Shown here in pieces: positions 49,922 to 59,272 of a stretch of 64,000 nt of DNA. A program made the position numbers and the translations under genes. The notes below the pieces were generated by a model. That model saw only the letters and a program-made list of their open reading frames with translations, made no database searches and was not told the origin of the DNA. This DNA is from an uncultured delta proteobacterium (GTDB taxonomy: Bacteria > Desulfobacterota > Desulfobacteria > Desulfobacterales > QNYZ01), in contig CAWJQU010000008.1 in NCBI GenBank assembly GCA_963845145.1, forward strand, positions 448,001-512,000, given 5' to 3'. Positions within the stretch are counted from its first letter, which is position 1; each line of letters begins with the position of its first letter.

Positions 49922-52585
49922 ATGAATGACGGCATATCCATTATTACCACCCATGTGAATGCGGATTTTGATGCCCTAGCCTCCATGTTGGCGGTGCAGA
50001 AATTATATCCCGAAGCAAAAGTTGTGTTCCCTGGTTCCCAGGATAAAAATCTACGTAATTTTTTTATAAAAACGATGGTTTACCTATTGAACATCGCCGA
50101 TATCAATCATATCGATTTTAGTAAAATCAACCGACTGATTCTGGTGGATACCCGTCGGCCGGGTCGAATTGGTCAATTTTCTGAAATATTGGACAAACCG
50201 AACCTTAAAATACATATTTATGACCACCATCCCGCCATGGACGGAGATATCAAAGGCGAATATGAAGTGCTCCATCCCACCGGTGCAACGACGACCATTT
50301 TAGCAGAACTCATACAAGCTCGCGAGATATCGGTATCACCGGATGAAGCCACGATCATGTGTCTGGGTATTTATGAAGATACCGGATCGTTTACTTTTTC
50401 CTCCACTACCGAAAGAGATTTGAAAGCGGCGGCATATCTGCTGAGTCAGGGAGCCAATTTAAACATCGTCGCCGACTTGATTTCCAGGGAAATAACCCCG
50501 GAACAGGTGGGAATCCTAAATGATATGATTCAAAGCACGGTATTGCATAATGTCAAGGGCATTGAAGTCGCCTTTACATCCGTTAAAACAGAAAGTTACG
50601 TACCTGACTTCGCTTTTTTGGTCCATAAAATGATCAACATGGAAAACCTGGATGCTATTTTCGCTCTGGCTCTGATGGAAAATAAAATTTACGTTGTGGG
50701 CCGCAGTCGGATTCCCGACCTTGACGTGGGGGCCGTGTTAACCCGATTGGGTGGCGGTGGCCATGCATCGGCAGCTTCAGCGACAGTGAGAGAAAAAACC
50801 CTGGCACAGACCGAACAGGAATTAAACCAAATTTTAATGGACACGGTTGAATCCAGCCGTCATGCCCGAAACCTAATGTCTTCACCGGCCATTACCGTGA
50901 ACGTCACCGCCAGCTGTGCCGAGGCTTCTGAACTGTTGAACCGGTACAGCGTGAATGCCCTGGTGGTTGTCGATGCGCTAAAGGCCGATCCCCCTCTTTG
51001 TGGATATATTACCCGACAGATTATAGAAAAAGCCCTTTACCATAAACTCGGCCAGGTCTCTGTTCGGGACTATATGAACACAGATATGGCCGTCGTTCAC
51101 CCCGATGCGCCTCTTTTTGAGATTCAGGAAAAAATTATTGCCAACAAACAACGGCTTCTGCCGGTTGTAACGGATCATCAAGTCCTGGGCGTAATCACAC
51201 GCACCGATCTGCTCAACACGTTGGTCCACGCACCTAAAAATCATCGAAGTGATATCTTTGATACAACCGATCACCCGGTGAATGTGCGCAGTCGCAATAT
51301 CATCAATTTAATGCGCGAACGGCTTTCAAAACGAATGATCAATCAGTTAAAGACCATCGGTAAAATCGCTGACGAGCTTGGCTACGGGGCTTATGTGGTC
51401 GGTGGCTTTGTGCGGGACTTGTTTCTTAATCGCAAAAATGAAGATATCGACATCGTCATTGAAGGAGATGGTATTGGATTTGCCCAAAAATATGCGGAGA
51501 TCGTCAAGGGCCGGGTCCATACCTATGCCAAATTCGGAACCGCAGTGGTTACCTTTCCCGATGGGTACAAGCTGGATGTGGCTTCGGCCCGCATGGAATA
51601 TTATACCTATCCGGCAGCATTGCCGATTGTGGAAATGAGTTCCATTAAGCTGGATCTGTATCGCCGTGATTTTAGTATTAATACGCTGGCCGTCCGTCTT
51701 AACGACAAATGGTTCGGCACCCTGATCGATTTTTTTTCGGCCCAAAGAGATATCAAAGAAAAGGTTATCCGTGTTCTGCACAACATGAGCTTCGTGGAAG
51801 ACCCGACCCGTGTATTTCGTGCCATTCGGTTTGAACAGCGATTTGGATTCACCATCGGTAAGGTGACTGCCGGTTTGATTGAAAATGCGGTGCGAATGGA
51901 TTTTTTTAAAAGACTCGGTGGTAAACGGCTCTTATCCGAACTAAAACTCATATTGGAAGAAGACAACCCACCCCTGGCTCTTAACCGATTAGACGATTAC
52001 AACCTACTCCAGGCAATCCACCCATCGATTCGATACAATAAAGCATTGGCCGGGGTTTTCAAATCTATTAAGAAAGTGCTCGATTGGTATGACCTTCTTT
52101 TTTTAAATGATTCCCATGAAAAATGGGCCATTTATTTTTTAGCCTTTTGTCATCACATTAATAATGCTGACTATGTTGAGGAGGTTTTTGAACGATTTGA
52201 ATTCAAGCCGCATTACCGACGCCTGTTCGAAAAAGAGCGACGTAAAGTCTACCGCTGCCTGGGCCGTTTGGAAAGTAATTTACCATTAAAAAACAGCCAC
52301 TTGGTCCAACAATTATCCGATACCAAAATAGAGCCTCTCCTGTATTTAATGGCCATTGCCACAAGCGATGAGGTAAAACGGCGAATCTCGCATTATCTGA
52401 CCCACCTGCGACATATTCGAATCAGTATAACCGGAAAAGATCTAAAAAATATGGGTATTGATCCGGGTCCCGCCTATCGAAAAATTCTGGACGCCGTTCT
52501 TGACGCAAAACTGGATAGCCAAATTAAATCACGCCAGGGAGAACTTAAGCTTGCAGGGCGATTGGGCGCCAAGTTAAAGGCTTAA
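49922..52585 (+). CDS. DHH/DHHA1-CBS-domain class II tRNA nucleotidyltransferase (probably A-adding)
   Basis: THVNADFDA, YDHH, GGGGHASAASA, CBS pair, VGGFVRD...DIDI, DLYRRDFSIN, EDPTR. Confidence 0.9.
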   Translation: MNDGISIITTHVNADFDALASMLAVQKLYPEAKVVFPGSQDKNLRNFFIKTMVYLLNIADINHIDFSKINRLILVDTRRPGRIGQFSEILDKPNLKIHIYDHHPAMDGDIKGEYEVLHPTGATTTILAELIQAREISVSPDEATIMCLGIYEDTGSFTFSSTTERDLKAAAYLLSQGANLNIVADLISREITPEQVGILNDMIQSTVLHNVKGIEVAFTSVKTESYVPDFAFLVHKMINMENLDAIFALALMENKIYVVGRSRIPDLDVGAVLTRLGGGGHASAASATVREKTLAQTEQELNQILMDTVESSRHARNLMSSPAITVNVTASCAEASELLNRYSVNALVVVDALKADPPLCGYITRQIIEKALYHKLGQVSVRDYMNTDMAVVHPDAPLFEIQEKIIANKQRLLPVVTDHQVLGVITRTDLLNTLVHAPKNHRSDIFDTTDHPVNVRSRNIINLMRERLSKRMINQLKTIGKIADELGYGAYVVGGFVRDLFLNRKNEDIDIVIEGDGIGFAQKYAEIVKGRVHTYAKFGTAVVTFPDGYKLDVASARMEYYTYPAALPIVEMSSIKLDLYRRDFSINTLAVRLNDKWFGTLIDFFSAQRDIKEKVIRVLHNMSFVEDPTRVFRAIRFEQRFGFTIGKVTAGLIENAVRMDFFKRLGGKRLLSELKLILEEDNPPLALNRLDDYNLLQAIHPSIRYNKALAGVFKSIKKVLDWYDLLFLNDSHEKWAIYFLAFCHHINNADYVEEVFERFEFKPHYRRLFEKERRKVYRCLGRLESNLPLKNSHLVQQLSDTKIEPLLYLMAIATSDEVKRRISHYLTHLRHIRISITGKDLKNMGIDPGPAYRKILDAVLDAKLDSQIKSRQGELKLAGRLGAKLKA

Positions 52586-52701
52586 ATAGCCGCCTGCCAC
52601 CCCACAAAGCATTCATATTTTACTTGCGATGTCGGCCTGCTTTGATATAGACGTGCCACACTAAATATATTGATTCATCCAACGCAGAAAGAGAAACAGC
52701 A

Positions 52702-53715
52702 ATGCAAAAAAAAGTGATCTTAACCGGTATTACCACGACGGGGACTCCGCATCTGGGTAACTATGTGGGTGCCATTCGACCGGCAATTGAAGCCAGCCGG
52801 CAGGAGAATAACCGGTCTTTTTATTTTTTGGCCGATTACCACGCCCTGGTAAAAAACCAGAATCCCGAGCGATTTCGTCAATCAACCCTGGAAATAGCCG
52901 CAGCCTGGCTGGCCTTGGGCCTCGATACCGATAAATCAATATTTTATCGTCAGACCGATATTCCCGAGATCATGGAGCTCACCTGGATATTGATGTGTAT
53001 GGCCGCTAAGGGCTTGATGAACCGGGCCCATGCATATAAAGCTATAGTCGCTGAAAACGAAACCAAGCGGGTGAAAGATCCGGACAAGGGAATCTCTATG
53101 GGGCTGTTTTGCTACCCCATCCTCATGGCTGCGGACATATTAATGTTTAAGGCCAATGAAGTCCCGGTTGGAAAGGATCAAATCCAACACCTTGAAATGA
53201 CAAGAGATATTGCTGGAAGATTCAATCATGTATTCGGCGACACCTTCGTGTTACCCCAAGCGGTAACCGATGCAAAAACGGCGGTACTCAAGGGGCTGGA
53301 CGGACAAAAAATGAGTAAAAGCTACGATAACATGATTCCGCTATTTGCTCCTGAAAAGAAATTGCGCAAATTGATTATGCGAATAAAAACCAACTCCCAA
53401 CCGCCGGAAGAACCCAAAGATCCGAAAGCCTGCACGCTGTTTGAAATTTATCAAGCCTTCGCCACCAGTGAGCAAGCCAAAGCGATGGAAAAACGGTATG
53501 CGGAAGGCATTGCCTGGGGGGAGATGAAGCAACATCTTTTTGAATATTTAAACGATCGATTGGCCCAGCCGCGACAAGACTACGGAGAGTTAATCAAGAA
53601 CCCGGCCCATATCGAAAAAGTGCTTAAAGAAGGCGCTGAAAAAGCCCGGGCCCACAGTGTCCCGTTTATGGCCGACATTCGAAAAAAAATCGGTGTGCAG
53701 GCCATCGGTGGATAG
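52702..53715 (+). CDS. trpS: Tryptophan--tRNA ligase
   Basis: HLGN (HIGH), YPILMAADIL, VPVGKDQ.QH, KMSKS. Confidence 0.97.
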   Translation: MQKKVILTGITTTGTPHLGNYVGAIRPAIEASRQENNRSFYFLADYHALVKNQNPERFRQSTLEIAAAWLALGLDTDKSIFYRQTDIPEIMELTWILMCMAAKGLMNRAHAYKAIVAENETKRVKDPDKGISMGLFCYPILMAADILMFKANEVPVGKDQIQHLEMTRDIAGRFNHVFGDTFVLPQAVTDAKTAVLKGLDGQKMSKSYDNMIPLFAPEKKLRKLIMRIKTNSQPPEEPKDPKACTLFEIYQAFATSEQAKAMEKRYAEGIAWGEMKQHLFEYLNDRLAQPRQDYGELIKNPAHIEKVLKEGAEKARAHSVPFMADIRKKIGVQAIGG

Positions 53716-54426
53716 ATGAACCCGGATCCCTACCAGATTAAGCTGGAAGATATCTTTGAAGGCCCCATGGACCTATTGGTCCACCTGATCAGAAAAAATG
53801 AGGTCAACATCTACGACATCCCCATTGCCCTCATCACCGATCAGTACCTGGAATATCTGGAATGGATTCAATCAATGAACGTGGATGTGGCCGGGAGTTT
53901 CATCCTGATGGCGGCCACGCTAACGCAAATTAAATCGAAAATGCTGCTACCGGTGCATGACGATGAAGATGATGAAGACCCCCGTTTGGAGGTTATTCGC
54001 CCCCTGAATGAATACCTGCAAATGAAAGACGCGGCTGATCAGCTATTACAGCGGAACCTTCTTGGACAAGATATCTTCATTCGTCCCCTGTCCGAAAAAG
54101 ACGTACCGGCGGAATCCGACGATGGTTTCATCCAAGTGGGGCTTTTTGAGCTCATCGATGCCTTTCGAAACATTCTGGCCGAGTTGGATATGGAGCAGCA
54201 AGTCGACTTCAGTGCTGAACGCATCTCCATCAAGGATCGAATCGCCGAGATTATCGAGGCATTGGAAACCAAGGGAAGTGTGACTTTTGACGAGCTTTTC
54301 CAACAACCGATTCACAAAAGTGATGTGGTTGTCACTTTTTTGGCTGTTCTCGAAATGGTTAAGTTAAGTCTTCTACGCATCGTTCAACATACCCAAACCG
54401 GAGCGATGCGACTATTCTATTTATGA
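53716..54426 (+). CDS. scpA: Segregation/condensation protein A
   Basis: FEGPMDLLVHLI, DIPIA.IT.QY, VVTFLAVLE. Confidence 0.96.
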   Translation: MNPDPYQIKLEDIFEGPMDLLVHLIRKNEVNIYDIPIALITDQYLEYLEWIQSMNVDVAGSFILMAATLTQIKSKMLLPVHDDEDDEDPRLEVIRPLNEYLQMKDAADQLLQRNLLGQDIFIRPLSEKDVPAESDDGFIQVGLFELIDAFRNILAELDMEQQVDFSAERISIKDRIAEIIEALETKGSVTFDELFQQPIHKSDVVVTFLAVLEMVKLSLLRIVQHTQTGAMRLFYL

Positions 54427-55193
54427 TGGATGATCTAAAAAACATACTGGAAAGCCTGCTTTTTGTTGCCGATGAGCCATTGGCGCTTGAGCGTCTAAGA
54501 AAAATAATTCCCGAAGTGGATACGCCGCAAATCCGCCAGGCCATGTCCGACCTGGCGGCGGAATACGATGCACGTAACACCAGCTTTTACTTAGACGAAA
54601 TTGCCGGCGGATATCAGCTTCGTACCCGGCCGGCTTATACCGAGTGGATTCAACGACTCGTGCAACCCAAACCGGCCCGATTAAGCCGGGCCGCTTTGGA
54701 AACCCTGGCCATTATCGCCTACAAGCAACCGGTGCTGCGCGCCGATATCGAACATATTCGAGGCGTTGACAGCGGCGGCGTCCTTCGCATGCTGATGGAA
54801 CGAAAACTGATTCGAATCCTGGGCCGCAAGGAAATTCCGGGCAGACCTCTGATCTATGCCACCACCAAGCTCTTTCTGGAAGTTTTCGGATTAAAAGACC
54901 TCAAAGAACTGCCAACGCCTCAAGAAATCGAGTCACTGGGTGCAGATGAAAACGAACCCATTGAAACCTCAACGCCCCAGACGACAGAAGAGGCATTAGA
55001 TAACGAAGCGCCCGTGCCGAGCCATGCGGAATCCGATGACCCTGTACCCGAAATAGCCATCGAATCCAACGATGAATTACCCGAACAACCGGAACCACCC
55101 ACTGACGATTCGGACCTTTCAGATGAAAAAGCCCTTGACGCTGGGGATCTGGAGGATTATAAAAACGGCCAACAACCTGAAACGGGCGGTTAA
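54423..55193 (+). CDS. scpB: SMC-Scp complex subunit ScpB with acidic C-terminal tail
   Basis: LESLLF, AGGYQLRT, LETLAIIAYKQP, IRGVDS, PGRP..Y.TT..FL..FGL..L.ELP. Confidence 0.96.
   Translation: MMDDLKNILESLLFVADEPLALERLRKIIPEVDTPQIRQAMSDLAAEYDARNTSFYLDEIAGGYQLRTRPAYTEWIQRLVQPKPARLSRAALETLAIIAYKQPVLRADIEHIRGVDSGGVLRMLMERKLIRILGRKEIPGRPLIYATTKLFLEVFGLKDLKELPTPQEIESLGADENEPIETSTPQTTEEALDNEAPVPSHAESDDPVPEIAIESNDELPEQPEPPTDDSDLSDEKALDAGDLEDYKNGQQPETGG
55135..55163 (+). promoter_or_regulatory. Candidate sigma-70 promoter of tRNA-Val, inside scpB
   Basis: TTGACG-N17-TATAAA ending 21 bp before the tRNA 5' end. Confidence 0.7.
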
Positions 55194-55258
55194 CTCAGTG
55201 GGAGAGTGCTACCTTCACACGGTAGAAGTCACTGGTTCAAATCCAGTACCGCCTACCA
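55184..55258 (+). tRNA. tRNA-Val (anticodon CAC)
   Basis: GGGCGGT/ACCGCCT acceptor stem, CTACC-TTCACAC-GGTAG anticodon arm, ACTGG-TTCAAAT-CCAGT T arm, encoded CCA. Confidence 0.96.
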
Positions 55259-55381
55259 AATCCAATGATGTCCCCAGCGCCGGTTAATTCTCCCACCGGC
55301 TATCGTTTTTAGGTTCCATTTTCGATTATCGTTGGCCATCAACCTCCTCTTGTGCCATAACTCGAATGATACCATCACCCT

Positions 55382-58300
55382 ATGCAAAAAATACGGCGCC
55401 ATATTATCATCGGATTGGGTATCATTTTTGGTTTGTTCGCCCTATCGTTCCTCAGCCTTATATTCTACCTTAATACCGACCATGCCCAGGCCCTGGGCCA
55501 GCGCTATATTAATCGCAACCTTCCGGGGACCATCGCTTGGCATAAATTGGACCTGGCTTTGTTCAGGGGAAAGATCGCATGCCGTAATTTTCGTTTGAAA
55601 GGCCCGGGTGATGAAGAGCTGGTCGTTCTGGACAGCCTCACCCTAAACTGGTCCTGGAGGGATTTAATAAGGGGACAGCTGGCCATCGAAGCACGCATTG
55701 CAAGCCCCCGGGTCCATCTTCGTCTGAACAATGATGGTAGACTAAATCTTGCCGAGGCGTTAACCACCCCAAGGCCGCCAGCGGCAAAAGATGAGAAGAC
55801 AAACCCCCTACCTCTCAATCTCGTCGTCAAATCATTGGCCCTTACCGATGGGGCTCTATGGTTCGAAGCGGATTCAGATCGCACGGTATTCAACATCCAT
55901 GGTATTGATCTGATGGTGCAGGGGAATTTGGCCAAAAAAAACGGCGGTTTGCAATTATCTTTTGCCGGTGGAAACCTTACTTTGCAGGATTTCCAGACGG
56001 TTCTGAAACCGTCGTCGCTGTCAGGCCAATTCGCCAATAACCGGCTAACCTCGATCCAATTGTCTGTGGCAACAACCACCGGTGAAGCAACTCTGGCCGG
56101 AAGTATTGACAACCCCTTTGAATCGCCCGTTTGCGATCTTCACGTACGCGCCTGGGCGGCATTGGAAAACATCACCACCGGCATTGTCCCCGCCGATCTC
56201 AAAGGCACAGTGAAAACGGCCATCAACATCAAGGGGTCCCTCGATAACCCGAATGCCGACCTGCAACTCTCATATAAAGGCAAAACCATCAGGGGGCAAT
56301 CGGTTGATCACCTGGAGGCCCGGGCCGGGTTATCCAATCGCCTGCTGACCATCAGCCAGCTGACGGTGACCAGTGGCACCGGCCAAGTGACGTTTAATGG
56401 TCAGACTGATTTAAAGCCGGTTTTTCCCAATGGCTTTTCTTCTCCCCATCCCGACTTTACGGCCGCAACACTGGATGGCGATTTGATAATTCAGGCCCCT
56501 GACCTGGCCGCATCGCTAACGCCTCTAGGTGTAAAGGATGTAAAAGGCGCGCTGGGGGCAACCGGGAAAATCACCGGGACCATTGCCCACCCCCAACTTG
56601 ATGTTCAGATCGATGGTGAAAATCTGGAATACGGCGAAATTCGCCTGGGAAGCGTGGGGATGACCGCAGCCCTGGATAATCAGGGCAAGCTTCGTATCGA
56701 GTCATTGACCATTGATAACCAGGGATCGGCAATCAAAGGCAAAGGCGATATCCTGGTCTTAGACTCAGCCAAAAGGCTTGAAACGAATCCCCCCCTTAGC
56801 CTGTCATTAACGCTAACCGATGTCGAAGCCCGAGATTTTGTTGACCAGGAGCTGGCCCAAGGTTATCTGAATGGCACGGTGGCTTTGGGGGGCAGTCTAA
56901 AAGCCCCCCGGATCCGGCTAAACCTTAACGGTAGGGATATCCGCTTTAGGGATATCATCTTGGGGGATGTCACCGCCGCTTTGACTTATCAAGATGGCGG
57001 CTTGTTGGTGGAATCGGTTGAATTGACCAAGGGCCCCACGGTCGCCAAGATATCAGGAAGCGCCCGAATAATCGATCCGGCCACATTAAAAATAAAGACG
57101 AACCCGGAATTGGATTTGGCTGTAACGGGTAAAGATGTACACCTTGCCGATTATCTTCCCAATTGGCGCGGCCAAGTCTCTGTAGATGCCCGTCTAAAAG
57201 GCCCTCTGAAAGATTGCCATGGGCCCATTCGACTAAGCGGCAGTGATATTGTATCGCCATGGCAGTCCCTCGAGCAGTTGGAACTATCCGCATTTATCGA
57301 GGGTGACATTCTCAAAGTAGAAGAGCTATCCCTCTCCCCCGCCCCCGATGAATGGGTTCGATTAACGGGCCGCCTATCTCTCCGCCACATGGACGACGTC
57401 CATATCTCGAGCGATGGTATCACAATCGCCCATATTGACTGGTTAAAAGAAAAAGTCCCCATTGAAGGCAAACTAGCCGTCTCCCTAAAAGGCAACGGCC
57501 CATTTAGTAACCCGACAGCCAATGGCACGGTTGCATTAAAAGGGGTTACCGTTGATCAAAAGCCCTTAGATGACCTCCAGGGGAATATCGGAATTGCGGA
57601 CTTTATGACCTCATTTGATCTAAACCACGGTGCTATGAATGTTACCGGGACCTATCATCTATCACAAAAACTTCTGTCCGCATCTGCGCTTATCAATGCA
57701 GAGGATCTAACGCCCTATTTCGCCTTGTTTAATCTGCCGGACCTTGCGGGTCGCGTTCAAGGCAAGTTCAATATCGAGGGGAATCCGGGTAACCTCAACA
57801 AATTGACCATATCCGGCACACTAGCCGATGCCCGCCTGGATTTTAAAGGGCAAAAAATGGTGCAAACTCAAGATATCCAATTAACGTATGAGAACGGCCG
57901 TTTCAATATTCCAGGGTGGGAATTGACGCTGTTGGATAAAGGCCGTATTTATATTGAAGGCGCAGGCCGTCTGGGAATTGATATGGATCTCACCATTGAA
58001 GGCAACCTGCCTTTGGCGGTGGGCCGCATCCTCAGCCCGGCCCTGTATGATCTTAGCGGAGACCTGAAGCTGTCTGCCACGGCCAAAGGCGCGTGGGCCC
58101 AACCGAAAATCAGAGGCGATTTAACCCTTGCCTCAGGCACATTGACCCTACCGGCCTGGGGGGGGAAACTGCATGGGATTACCGGAAAGGCCATATTGCA
58201 ACCTCACGCCATCACCATCTCAAGCCTGGAAGGAAAACTCGATGACGGGCGATTCAGGCTAGATGGCAGGCTGGCTCTCGACCATTTTCGCCCTGGAGAA

Positions 58301-59272
58301 CTAACGCTCGCTTTGTCTGCCAACCGCCTGCCGATCAGGATCCCGGATAAATTGGACGTTTTTATCAGCAGCCGGTTGAACATGGAAGGCCTTCCGAATC
58401 GGACAGAGCTTAAAGGAAATATCGACCTTCTGGATGGGGTCTATTATCAGGACCTGCTGCTAAACCCTATGGATATGCTGAAACCAAAAACAAAGCGGCC
58501 GGTTGAACCCAAAAAGCCAGGTATTACTTTTCCTTACCTGAAAAATCTTAGCCTCGATGTGGCTGTATCATCCCGAAATCCGTTTATGGTCGAAAATAAT
58601 ATAGCCGAACTCGAAATTGTCTCGGATGTACACATCCAGGGGAAATTGAATCGACCCGAAATAACCGGTCAAACCGATATCGCCGAGGGCACGATTCGGC
58701 TCTGGAATCGACAATTTCAAGTTACCCGCGGTATTATCGACTATGGGGATCCATATTCCCTTCGTCCGGGAATCGATGTTCGCGCCGAGACGGATATTCG
58801 GCAATGGAAAATCCAAATCGATTTGACCGGATCGGTTGATAACCTCCAAATTAAGCTCAGTTCAAATCCCTCGGAGCAATCCGGAGACATCCTTGCCCTT
58901 ATCCTTACCGGCAGAACTTCCCGGGAAATGGCTGCCGGTGAAAGCGGAAAAGCGGGCACTACCGGCGCTGCCCTGGCTGCTTTGGCCGGGACCCCTCTGG
59001 GTGAACAGCTCAAAAAGGCTGCACGAATTGATTCTCTAGAGGTCGATAGCGTCACGGAAGGAGAAGAAGACGGTGAACGTACGCGTGTGACTCTAGGCAA
59101 AAACCTTTCGGATCGAATGACCCTTAAATATCGTATGGAAACCAAAGAGGGTGAACTCGTTCAAAAAACCATTGCCGAGTATCAACTCCTGGAGAACATC
59201 CTGGTATCCGGCTTTCAGGATAGTAACGGCATTTACGGCGGAGCGCTTCGGTATAGAATTGAATTTCGTTAA
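55382..59272 (+). CDS. tamB: TamB/AsmA-like translocation and assembly module protein
   Basis: 1296 aa; N-terminal TM anchor, repetitive beta-rich body, DUF490-like C-terminus (LSSNP....DILALILTG, GK.LS, final RIEFR). Confidence 0.85.
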   Translation: MQKIRRHIIIGLGIIFGLFALSFLSLIFYLNTDHAQALGQRYINRNLPGTIAWHKLDLALFRGKIACRNFRLKGPGDEELVVLDSLTLNWSWRDLIRGQLAIEARIASPRVHLRLNNDGRLNLAEALTTPRPPAAKDEKTNPLPLNLVVKSLALTDGALWFEADSDRTVFNIHGIDLMVQGNLAKKNGGLQLSFAGGNLTLQDFQTVLKPSSLSGQFANNRLTSIQLSVATTTGEATLAGSIDNPFESPVCDLHVRAWAALENITTGIVPADLKGTVKTAINIKGSLDNPNADLQLSYKGKTIRGQSVDHLEARAGLSNRLLTISQLTVTSGTGQVTFNGQTDLKPVFPNGFSSPHPDFTAATLDGDLIIQAPDLAASLTPLGVKDVKGALGATGKITGTIAHPQLDVQIDGENLEYGEIRLGSVGMTAALDNQGKLRIESLTIDNQGSAIKGKGDILVLDSAKRLETNPPLSLSLTLTDVEARDFVDQELAQGYLNGTVALGGSLKAPRIRLNLNGRDIRFRDIILGDVTAALTYQDGGLLVESVELTKGPTVAKISGSARIIDPATLKIKTNPELDLAVTGKDVHLADYLPNWRGQVSVDARLKGPLKDCHGPIRLSGSDIVSPWQSLEQLELSAFIEGDILKVEELSLSPAPDEWVRLTGRLSLRHMDDVHISSDGITIAHIDWLKEKVPIEGKLAVSLKGNGPFSNPTANGTVALKGVTVDQKPLDDLQGNIGIADFMTSFDLNHGAMNVTGTYHLSQKLLSASALINAEDLTPYFALFNLPDLAGRVQGKFNIEGNPGNLNKLTISGTLADARLDFKGQKMVQTQDIQLTYENGRFNIPGWELTLLDKGRIYIEGAGRLGIDMDLTIEGNLPLAVGRILSPALYDLSGDLKLSATAKGAWAQPKIRGDLTLASGTLTLPAWGGKLHGITGKAILQPHAITISSLEGKLDDGRFRLDGRLALDHFRPGELTLALSANRLPIRIPDKLDVFISSRLNMEGLPNRTELKGNIDLLDGVYYQDLLLNPMDMLKPKTKRPVEPKKPGITFPYLKNLSLDVAVSSRNPFMVENNIAELEIVSDVHIQGKLNRPEITGQTDIAEGTIRLWNRQFQVTRGIIDYGDPYSLRPGIDVRAETDIRQWKIQIDLTGSVDNLQIKLSSNPSEQSGDILALILTGRTSREMAAGESGKAGTTGAALAALAGTPLGEQLKKAARIDSLEVDSVTEGEEDGERTRVTLGKNLSDRMTLKYRMETKEGELVQKTIAEYQLLENILVSGFQDSNGIYGGALRYRIEFR

